From NCBI GenBank assembly GCA_965655095.1, contig OZ296659.1, positions 26,040,001 to 26,104,000 of the forward strand: 64,000 nt of DNA. Direction: 5' to 3'. This stretch comes from Haplodiscus bocki (Eukaryota). Below are positions 53,956-64,000 of this stretch, in pieces; the first letter of the stretch is position 1; the number at the start of each line of letters is the position of its first letter. The notes beneath the pieces are model-generated. The model searched no databases and was not told the origin of the DNA. It saw only the letters and a program-made list of their open reading frames with translations. A program made the position numbers and the translations under genes.

Positions 53956-54570
53956 TCATTTGGCGTGGAGGTAGGTACAGTGGGATAATCTTGTGGAAAA
54001 GTCCCTGTGATGAGTGTGTTTTTGCCGGTCGAAACGTGTTTCTGGGACCGACAACTCACTTACCTCGTCCGGAATGTTATTTCGAGTCTCATCATTTACA
54101 TTTGATACATGTAGTACATTGTTGTTTTCAGATGCGTTTTCAATACAGGCACTAATCCCTACATGTTCCCCACGTTCTAAAAATGCAGTCACACTAGTCA
54201 CATCCCGTCCAGAAGATGCATTTATTGACCTGATTGCTGATTCAATTTTAGGAGCAACAATGTTATCAATGTCGGTCAAAATTGCATTCTGTATCCTGTC
54301 TTCAACTGTATCAACAATATTGCTCATTTCCCTGTCAATCCTTTCATTAAAACACCTTTCCAAGGTTTTGATAATCACTGTATTTTCATTAACCGCTATT
54401 TTATTGCTAGAGGCATCAATGGTCAGATCTCGGTCTTTAGTACCTTTATTGACCAGAGTGTTTTCTTGGCTTTCGCTAGCAGCATTGCCAATAATGATAT
54501 CTTGATCGAAGTCATCTAATTGGCTGAGAAGCCTCCTGTTTGACTGTCTTTTCTTGCGAGTAGAAACCAT
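53956..54570 (-). CDS. Uninterrupted LTR-encoded ORF (gag N-terminus-like, coiled coil); 188 codons inside the LTR, stop in flanking DNA
   Basis: ATG start, 204 aa without stops; crosses the LTR end at ...HTHH|RDF. Confidence 0.6.
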   Translation of the reverse strand: MVSTRKKRQSNRRLLSQLDDFDQDIIIGNAASESQENTLVNKGTKDRDLTIDASSNKIAVNENTVIIKTLERCFNERIDREMSNIVDTVEDRIQNAILTDIDNIVAPKIESAIRSINASSGRDVTSVTAFLERGEHVGISACIENASENNNVLHVSNVNDETRNNIPDEVSELSVPETRFDRQKHTHHRDFSTRLSHCTYLHAK

Positions 54571-55892
54571 GTTTGTTTTAATAACTCAATTGTACTTGAG
54601 ATTATAATACTGACAATAACATAAGAACGTGATGACAATTTACGATAAAAAACTTGTTGAGAGTTTTAATATTCCAAAGTAAATGATATCAGTTTAGAAT
54701 GAGTGCTTTATTGAACTGTTTTTCGGGATCGCGGTCTTCCTTCTGATGATGGCTTTTCAGTCAGTTGTGGGTCACCCTTTTCTTCTTTTGACCTGACAGC
54801 GTTGACCAATTGGGTTGCCCAATGCACTGACGTCATATTTGCAATTTTTTTTTAATCAAAACATCAAAAGGCTTATCCCGCATTTAACATAACATCATCA
54901 TGGCATCATTTTAAAAATAGTAACAAAATAAACATCAAAGGGGGAATGCCGAAAAATCATGACAATGAAAATATGGCTACGAAATCTGGATAAATGCTCA
55001 GGGTCAATAAACTCACGTTTACATGTATGGTTTATATCATGCAAATCCTGGTTCAAGGGTTTTAACTTTCCTTATTGGCTATGGTCTAAGTAACAGGGGT
55101 GTGGGTGGTCATACATGAAAGGGGAATTTTAAGTATTGCAATATTTTTTCAGGCTTCGTTATGTGGTCAATTTATCATTATAATATACTAAATATGACAA
55201 GAATGTTGATATTAGGCTTCATTCACAGGTTTGGCATCAAGTCAATGTATAGTGGTCAAAAGATGGTCATTATGGCCGTCTTTTGACCTAAAAATAATTT
55301 TCACTTGGGATTCACTAGTGATAAGTACTGGATGATTTAGCATCACATATTAGATAATTATATACTTTGTTGTTCAATTAAATATGGTCATGTTTTGGTA
55401 TTCGCGACTTCATTTTGCCGTAGTTCGCTTTTTGTTCAGAAGCGACCACTCGCTTTAAGCAAAGTGGTCAAAATTAGGTCTATGTGACCAGCTTTTGACT
55501 ACTCTCCAGCAGCGCTGTTGCTTGGTCAAGTTTTTGACGAGTATACCTTTTGCGACCAATCAAAATTGAGTATAAGACTGCAAGTTAATTGAGCACTATA
55601 AGCATTTGTTTATATCCGTTCTCGAATGATACTAACCTGTTTGCTATTGGTATGGATTTTGCACATAGATAGATAAATATGCGTAGGATTGTATATGTAT
55701 CCATGTTACTATATAAATATATATCATATTTTATAAAAATGAGGGGGGAGGAAATTTATCCAGCAAATTGTTTAATGAGAGTTTTGTCAGTTTGATCTTC
55801 AAATAAGGGCAATGCGTATCCCTGCATGCTCAAATTTTGTCCATTGTAGTTGACAGAATAGATCAGGCCGTCACAGGCGGCAGCCTGCGACA
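54006..55892 (-). mobile_element. Solo LTR (1887 bp) with 5-bp TSD GTCCC
   Basis: GTCCC|TGTG...GACA|GTCCC; interrupts an RT remnant. Confidence 0.92.
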
Positions 55893-56689
55893 GTCCCTTC
55901 TGTCAGATAATGTCGAAGAGGTTGTTTTTTGTGTTTCATTGGGTAGGTAAGCAAATTGACGGTCGTTGAGAACCTTTCTTGGACAAGAAACCATCTTGAG
56001 AAAGTTCTCTAATTTGGTCACGTGGAGTTTTGCAAGGCAGCTTGTCAAGATGATGGGTCTGTGTTCTGTCAATTTTTTCGATCCTTCTTTGCCTTCGAGA
56101 TGTTTTTGACTGTTGATCCTTCCAACAACGATTGGAAATGAACAATAAACCAGACAACAGGGAGAAGTAAGTAAACACGTTCCAACAGGTCGCGGAGTCG
56201 ATCAGCATCTCCAGCAAGTCAACTTCAAACTCTGTGCCTTTGTCTTCACTATCTTCCTCACTAGCATTAACTCTTCTCATTTTTTGAAAGAAGCTATCAA
56301 ATAGCCGAGTCCTTTTTCAACGGAAAATCGACCGTGACACTTTCTTTCAAGACATCAGGAAGAGCTCTTTTAGATCCTCCACCTCCTCTTCTAAAACTTG
56401 AAATCCACCTGGCTAGAAATCCTGACTTTCTTACTCAGAAAACTCCTATTTTTTTTCAAAAATGACTTCTCTCTTGTTCTTCATTTTAGCAGTTTAGTTT
56501 CGCATATCTTCTCAAGCAATCCATCTCAATCGATTTCTTAGAGACACTGACCATGACACACTATCACTAAATGCATGCTGGAAACTCAGAGAAAAAAGCC
56601 AAGAGTTGGAGCTAATTGAAAAAAAACCAAGGGAAATGACATTTTGAGGTTGGACGAAATTAACTGGAAAAGCTCAAAACTACTATAAC

Positions 56690-57750
56690 TGCGCTGGAAT
56701 TGTAAGAGTTCTGGGAATCAAACGAGCAACTGCAACAAGCATATTCGTAGGAGGCAAAATTCTCTTCAAAAGTGTTATAGGAGAAATTACAAAAGGAAGA
56801 GAAGTCTCAGAATTGGAGACCAATATTGGGACAATAACATGCTTCTATGTATTTGCAAATTGCTAAAAACAATTGAACTGGACAGTTAAGAAGAGAAGAA
56901 CCCCACTTAACAACAGCAGACTTCAACAGTCATAGAATACACTTGATAGACTCAAAATAGGCTGTTACAAAGACAGTGGAGCTAGAGAACGTTTTTGACA
57001 AAGCAAAAGATGCATGTAGAAACAACTGCGAACCAACACAAGAAAAAGGAGGTTTACTGGAACTGAAAACAGGGACACTAAACTAACCAATCAACTGATA
57101 AACTTTCAAATTGTACCAGATTTGGGATTGACCACTACAGCACAATTAAGTCATACAAAACTAAAAGGTTCCAACCAACGCTTAATTGGAAATCGAATCA
57201 GCTTGGATTGGAGATGATACGAAAGAAGCATCATAAAAGTAATAAAAAAACTGTGGCCTCCGACGAAAGAAACAAATCAAAAAGCAGAACAAATCGGAAA
57301 CTTCATAAATTGAGAAAAACAAGCAGCTACCAACAAAAGGAGAAACTAAAAGTTAACCAACGAACATCAAGCGCTTTTCCATTTCAAAAATTATCTCAAA
57401 AACAGTAAAATGAACTGAAAAGGCTCAGAATCACCAATACAAACGAAAACAAAAAACAACAAGCAATTGAAGTGCGTTTGCAAGAAAATTAAAATGCAAT
57501 TACAATCTCATAGATAGAAAAAGACGAACGGAATTTATTTAAAATGCAGCAAAGACCACAGGAAGTCCTAAAAAAAGAAAGAATAATGAAAAAATTAAAC
57601 AACCCTATTGCACCCTTCGAGAAAGTCGAGTTCTACCACAATGGAACAACCAAATCATAAGAAAAGAAACAAATAAAAGGAAGCGACTGCTTGGAGACGA
57701 TTGGAAACACCTTACAAAAAAGCGTTCTCGAATCTTTTTTCAAAAATTTG
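56690..57750 (+). pseudogene. Decayed APE endonuclease/linker of a non-LTR element
   Basis: LRWNCKS, GIDHY (SDH-like), K/R-rich linker, GDD-like start of RT. Confidence 0.4.
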
Positions 57751-57932
57751 GTTCTTGATTGTTTTGTCCAGGACGAAACATGAGATATTGGATATTTTTG
57801 AAGACATCGCCGTTTTACACCCTATATGATTCCCAATCGTGTTGTGCTCAGAACTTTTTCTCTAGTCATCCGATCACCTCTATAAGTTAATGAAAATTAC
57901 AGTTCGAGAATAGAAAACTAAAGCAAGATTAC

Positions 57933-59655
57933 TGTCGCAGCGTGTCTGCGAGGCATGCGGGAAAGTTCTTCCAATAGGAAAGGAAATTTCTACAAAATAA
58001 ACTGAGACTCAATAAAGATCAAACTTTATCATTATTGCTTCCATGTAAATAATACGTATATCTATGTATCACCTTTTCAACTCTCAAATTGTTCTCATGC
58101 AATTAATACGAACTGTTCACGGAGTATCTCTGTTGTATTTCATATAATTGATACGTAGCAGTTACGTAGTACATCCCTGTATAATTTCATGTACGCGATA
58201 CGTACCCTCTACGTATTAATTCCGGTGTACTGATCCAAATTGGCACGGAACCGTTACGGAACAAAAACGAACAATCACTTGATTTTACGTGTCAATCTAT
58301 GTTTCTTGAGAGGTGCTTTATTTCTAACTAATTTGTGTACTTATCAATGCAAATCCACTTTTTCAGAAAATTAGTGCTGTAATTGTTAGTGAAAATGACA
58401 ACTTCAAAAAGTTTGCATTAAAAACAACTGCAGTTATAGAGCGTAGCTTCAGAAGTGAGTACTTGTTTCGTACGTGTTCCATCGTTACCAATCTGGTGAC
58501 GTCACTTGAATTTCATTCCGATCTGTGCTATTATGCTGTGACATTTCTGGCCAACCACGGAACAGTTCCGTATTCATCCATTCTCACTCCGATAGCAGCG
58601 CTGCCATAAGCAGTGCTACAAGAGGTTACGGAACCGTTCCCGAACGTCTTGTAGAAAGGAGGAACAGATCAGTATAAAAGTCTCTGAGCGATGCGCATTG
58701 AGACCAGATGTACATTTTAGCATAAAAACATGAGTTCCTTGTATAATTTCATTTAATCGAGTGAATTTAGAAGTACCTTCTTATTATGGGAAAAACATTT
58801 GAGCACTTTTCTGTATTAATATTTACTGTGTCGGCGTGGAAATAATCACTTTGATGCCCTTTTCTGACGGATAAGTATCATATATTTTCCGTGAAAAGAT
58901 GGAAAAGACGCCGCCTATGAGGGAAAAAATGGATGGAAAGGTTTTTTTCCCACCAGAGTCGGCATTTTTTGTCTTTAAATTTATTATGATTGAAAGGCTT
59001 TTCCCTATTTGTACCTTAACTTGGCGGTTAAACAATTATGTTCCCCGTAAGGGAAAAGATACGAATTGAAGAAACGAAAGTACCGTTATCATTGTGGTCC
59101 TTATATACCACTATACAAACAACATTGAATAACTTTGTTCGACTCATTTGACTGTTAAGGACTGGAAACTATTTGTTCATAAAAAGGAGAGACTCTACAT
59201 TATCGATGTACTGAAAAATTGTCCTTAAAACACAAATAATTCAGTATTCACCTCTGTTGAGCTTTTTTCCCAAAGATAGTAACCTTGAGGAAAAATCGGA
59301 AATTAGCAGCTGTGTCAAGGAAAACACATGAGTATCGTAAGAACAGGCGGTGGCGAAACCCATCTGCTCCTGGCATCACTGAGGAATCTATAGCACAAAT
59401 TTTTGAAGAGATTGAGGGCAGAGTCACTAAAAAACTGTCCCAGGAATTCAGCAGGACAGAGTCCCGCCTCGTAGCTGCTCAGTCCAAACTGGCCGAAACT
59501 CTATCAAACCCACATGTACGGACAATCTCAGGAACCGTTCCGGGAATATCCCGAAACATTGACGTAGAAAAGCTGAGTATCCCATCCAGAAAAGGAATTC
59601 TTTGCCTGTTGTGCCAACAACCTAACTGATTCAGACCCGGAGGAGACCTCTCACA
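57933..59655 (+). mobile_element. Solo LTR (1723 bp), TSD ATTAC/ATTTC, with internal gag-like ORF 59285-59629
   Basis: TGTCGCAG start shared with the 54006-55892 LTR, ...TCACA end, 4/5 TSD match, TATAAAA at ~58673. Confidence 0.85.
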
Positions 59656-61222
59656 ATTTCCAAATCTGTCTTCTCTCGCTACTAGTTATTATTCTTGAAA
59701 TGCCATTTTTGACCGAATTTAGGTTTGAAACTTGATTAGAATGTAACCTCTTAAGCCCAACAGTTTTTTGATGGTGAAGGAAGGAAAAAAACACCGATCA
59801 CTCAACTGAGCGAATAAAAAGACTTTCCAACCTGTTGGCATCACCATAATTTTCCTTCCAACATAAACTTTCTCGAAAGGGGCATTTTTCAGCGAAATTT
59901 CAGGGATTATTTGTGTCTAATTTTAACGTCGGGGTTGTCAAATGAGCATATCACTATACGCCACCTTTGTTAGTTTGTTTGTGGTTGAAAAATAGGATTT
60001 ATAACAGCTGGCCAATTTTTTTCATCAGAAATGTCAAAATTTGGTTATCGTTAGGTCTTTATTGTCAACGTATGATTTGTTCCGAGGCGGTTTTTTCTTG
60101 TTAGTACCCATATGGTGTATTTTTTTAACGAGAAGATGAGTGCCGTAGCTGGTTTCAACAAGACCTGAGATTTTTCAAGTTAATTTAACTTTAAATTTTC
60201 CCCAGGTGCCTTACATCTTATCTCGAGTTAATGTAAAGCCTACGGGAGTATGAAGATTGTTCTGTGATCATTATAAACTAATCTGGGAGCATGTGATGAA
60301 TGTCCCTTAACTTCTCTTAACCATCACTACTAGAGGTCATGAATATACCGTTACCCGTAACTTTACACAATCTATCCAAACGGACACTGGCTTCCGCCAC
60401 TGCGTATACCCGCATTGTGTTAGTGATCAAGTGGTTAGTATGGTAAAATTAATAAAGACTCAATGGTGTGCATTTCCACAAACGGAAATCGGTAAAGGCG
60501 CTTCCTTCAAACTATTGAAAAACGGAGTTTTTTTTTCATGTGTTTCCACTCCATCTTCTGGTATACACGTCTTTGCCTGTTGCTGTCATTCCCCCGAAAG
60601 CTTTTCTTAACTAATCCAGCGCAGTCCACGTGAACGTGAGGCGCGTTGCTTACAGTTTACTGTTCCATGTCCGATCGACTTAATTTGTACTCCTCATCTT
60701 TTCGTCCACGCTGTTTTTTTACCAGTTCGTCACCAATTTTATCAAGGTGGGACCTGACTACTACAAATCAGCAGAAACTTATTCCTTTGTTGGACGAGTG
60801 CTTCTTAGGTGTGCCCCGTGGTAAGTGGCAGGGAATGTATTGTATACGATGTCAATCAGGAATATAGGAAGATGTGTTTTCTCAATCAACCGGCCCTCAA
60901 GAAAGATTAGAACAGCTTCGGAAAGACTGAGAATAGAACTGTCCCGATTGTTTATCAAAATCACCCGCTGAAGAGAAGGTTTCGTGCAAAATTAAAATAA
61001 TTGAGTCCCTCCTGCGCATTCATCCAAATTTGGCTACACGCAAAAAGTGGCTGTTTGTCTAGGGTCCTCTTAGTAAATAAAGGTATTCATTGTTTTCGTT
61101 TCAACTTTTCAATCGGTTCGATCAAGTATTTTTTTAATATCGAGCAACAAATTTTGTTCAGTGCTCTCAATAAAAGTTAAATAACAAAATTAAAATCAAG
61201 TTTCACAAACTTTTTTGACTAT

Positions 61223-62905
61223 GGTTGTTCTGGTTGTCCGCTGTGCTAGTCGACACGTCATCAGTTTCTGAATCGGAGCGTCGGTGTTTCATGCGGTGTT
61301 CAAATCAGTGCGTTCTGCCAATAAAGCGCAAAGCCTCGCAAATTGTGGGACGATTGGATCAGTTCCCAGTTTAATCTGTAAATTTGTCGATTGATGAGTG
61401 ACTTCACCAGCAGAGATTCCGTTTATTGTGAGTCCAGATTTCGTATTTGTCCGCGTCTCAATTCAATGGTGTCCGAGGAGCTATCAAGGGTTCGCTCGTT
61501 TTTTTCGGCTTCGCTAATTTTTGACTAGGAATAACTAGAATTACAATTCTAGGTGAATTTTTAAATCAAATGTTCAGTGAATGGATTTAGCGTAATCTTT
61601 GAAGAGAAATATTTCGTTTAAAAATATACAAAATTGATTGTCTAAGTGACTTAGTGCTCATAACTAAAGTAAAAGGAGGGTTTTTTGAAAATAGTAGCTT
61701 AAAGGGACTGTGGCTTAATTGCCGACGAAATTAAGTCACGTGACAATTTCAGCGCACATCATTGGAGCTCACTTTCACTCCTGTACATACTTCATCAAAT
61801 AGCATCATTTATATCTGCACTTATCGGCTCTCTAATACACCAATTTATTTTACAATTTAACTACCTGATGTGACCACACGGCTGATGTTAAAATGACCTC
61901 ATTGATCTCATCGTATATTCATTTCACTGTTCTTCGCTTCAGGTAGCGTTTGTTTTAATTTGCCTAATTGACTACAAACAGCTTGTGTAGGACTCGCTCT
62001 AATTGAACGTGTTTACTCGGCACCGAGTAGACGGTTGTTTAAAATATTGCTAATTATAAATTCAGCACACTTCAAAACAGTTCCCGAGCTGATTTAAGTG
62101 AATTGCCTTAGATTGAGGTCTGGTAGAGCTCACTCTCAAAATTAAAACCTCTGCTGTGGTGGACAAGGGATATTCGAGTGATAGATGTGGCACGACTCTG
62201 TCGATGATGAAATGTTTGTGATGGTAAAACATGACTTCACTTTTAGTGAGCTGTTCCATGGCTTACTCTAAACTATGAAATTTCGAGGTGATTACTTCTC
62301 ACAGCACCTTTGAGTGAGGTATGAGACGGCTCACTCTCAACAATGAACTTTCAATTTTGTGTCCGTTAACAGGTCTGATGTGATGCGTGGTATAGCTCAC
62401 TTCCAATTGATTGGATTTGTTGACTGTGAAATTAAATAGCAGTGGAGTGATTCGTGGTAAGACTCATTATTATTTACTGATTCTGGTTCATGTGAACATA
62501 CTGCGTTTAGAGTGAGGTGGGTCACGGCTCACTCTAATTAGTGAAGGTGATGGTGAATGATTTAGCTGCAGTGAAGTTAAAGTGATTTGTGTTTTACGTC
62601 ACTTTCAAATGATCTTCTAAATTATGTCTTATGGTGCGTAGCTGGAACGGCGTTAAGTGAGATGTGTTTAGCACCCTTTTCCACTTGTATATAGATCGCA
62701 TGATCGCGTTCATAAAATTGAGCAGGGAAGTTAATTCACATCGTGGTTTTCCTATCAAGTATATGTAATGCTGCATATATTTGTATGTTTAGTTTATACT
62801 AAATTGTTGTAAGGGCTTATAATAGGGCATAAGCAAAGTGCAAAATGCATTTATAGTATGTTAGTATTTCGTTCCTGCTATTCTACTGCTGGGGTTTTCA
62901 TGATG
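61223..62905 (-). mobile_element. Solo LTR related to 45467-47186 (ends eroded)
   Basis: Shared ORF remnant (LCALLAERTDL vs FCALLTGRTEL), shared repeat array and spacers. Confidence 0.75.
62111..62604. repeat. Array of eight GAGTGA-N13-TCACTC palindromic units, period 65-70 bp
   Basis: Units start at 62111, 62176, 62244, 62312, 62378, 62445, 62510 and 62580. Confidence 0.88.
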
Positions 62906-62949
62906 CTTTCAGACAGACGGCAGGAATTGCTCGATGTCAGGGCAGTAAA

Positions 62950-64000
62950 CGCTGAGGACCCACAAAAGCCGTGTTGTAATACATTTCTCAGCAAGTCAGT
63001 CACTCAAACATCTTGTAGGTGCTTCACTCAGAGAATATTTCCGTTGTCCATGGTCGCGCCAGTTAGCAATGCATCTAAATGCTCATCACTCATTGTTGAT
63101 TCGCGACTTTTGACTAAGTTTGCAAAATTAATCTTTCAAAGTAGGACAAGAAGAGAGACCTTGGATTTTTTGGCAATGATTCTGGGACGCTCTAGATCCT
63201 TCTGAGAAAAATGATTGAATTTTTTTTCATTCACACAGAAAATGCAAAGATCAAACTTACTAAATGAGAAGGGGAAATTGATTTGAAGATCCTAGAACTT
63301 AAATATTGCATCATTGCAATGAAGAGCTTGATTGCCTCTCAACCCTGATTCGTTCATGATTTCTATAAAGTGACTTTTAGCTTAAGAAACGAATTTGAAG
63401 GAGAAAACGGTTTGTTCTGACTTAGTGCAGCATTGTCAGTTTTCTTTCCTGCCTGATCATGTTTGTCACACAGATCATTCTGACTTCTTTGCAGTTGCCC
63501 CATAGCTCGATATCAGGAAACCTTCGATTCTGTTCCCCACAACCTATTAATTCAGAAGCTTGAAAAATTGAAATGTTGCGTTGTTCATTTCCTAATTTAT
63601 TCTTTCAAAAAGCGCCTTCAGTGCATCAACATCAATCAATCCATTTCTGTTACCATAGCGAATCAAGGAATCAAAGTTAGCTAAAGTCCGCCGAATGGTC
63701 CGCTTTTTACGTAGAATTGTGCAATTCAGAAATTCAGATGGTTTTCTCGAAATTCTTGTTATACCACTGCTTCATTTTCTCAGCTGTCTTCTATGGGTTA
63801 AAAATATGGTTTATTTCTGCTACTTAGATTACGACACATTACGACACTTGATAAAGCCCAATTACTGAACATGTTCCAACTCTGAACCATCATCAATGGT
63901 ATCATTTTATTATCAATTGATCAAAGATGATGTATCTCTCTTGAGGGTAATTCACAAGAGTTGTTTAGACTGCCACAACTGCCCTTTTCTCAATTCAACT
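62950..64000 (-). pseudogene. Possible decayed CRE-type RT fragment
   Basis: VLLKINFAN-like (kxDFxNAFN) and SGLR remnants only. Confidence 0.3.

Larger units (their letters stand above)
53240..56130 (-). pseudogene. Decayed non-LTR RT, split by the solo LTR at 54006-55892
   Basis: HRPIILTSCLAKL and LNDRQFAYLP before the LTR; VPQESIFS after it. Confidence 0.7.

Noticed and set aside
54014-54505. 163-aa plus-strand ORF
   Set aside because: Antisense shadow of the 204-aa LTR ORF.
62111-62604. True CRISPR array
   Set aside because: Repeats are degenerate, lie inside a eukaryotic LTR, and no cas genes are present; reported as a repeat array instead.

Overview
Eukaryotic, AT-rich window, most likely from an invertebrate animal (species cannot be named from sequence). 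It consists almost entirely of nested, mostly decayed transposable elements. I see no intact host gene, rRNA, complete tRNA, CRISPR array or prokaryotic operon. From left to right: a 1344-bp tandem array ending in a decayed piggyBac transposase; a decayed L1/Tx1-type LINE; a decayed CR1-group LINE with an SGNH ORF1 and a 2A-like NPGP motif; a young, nearly intact CR1-group LINE (16600-21392); a decayed L2/CR1 LINE; several Gypsy-type LTR element remnants, one with env-like and possible nucleoside-kinase-like cargo; CRE-type RLE fragments; MITEs; and four long solo LTRs, three with 5-bp TSDs. The young LINE has an unusual three-ORF layout: stand-alone SGNH esterase, PHD/RRM ORF1, and EN-RT ORF2 in frame behind a UGA-CUAG stop. 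The most interesting signals are (1) regular ~66-bp-period palindromic repeat/variable-spacer arrays in the U3-side part of related LTRs, (2) the three-ORF LINE with a duplicated leader, a C-terminal peptide shared by two ORFs and a readthrough context, and (3) gag-like ORFs that start inside the LTR and read out of solo LTRs into flanking DNA. All family calls rest on motif recognition by eye; boundaries of decayed elements are approximate.
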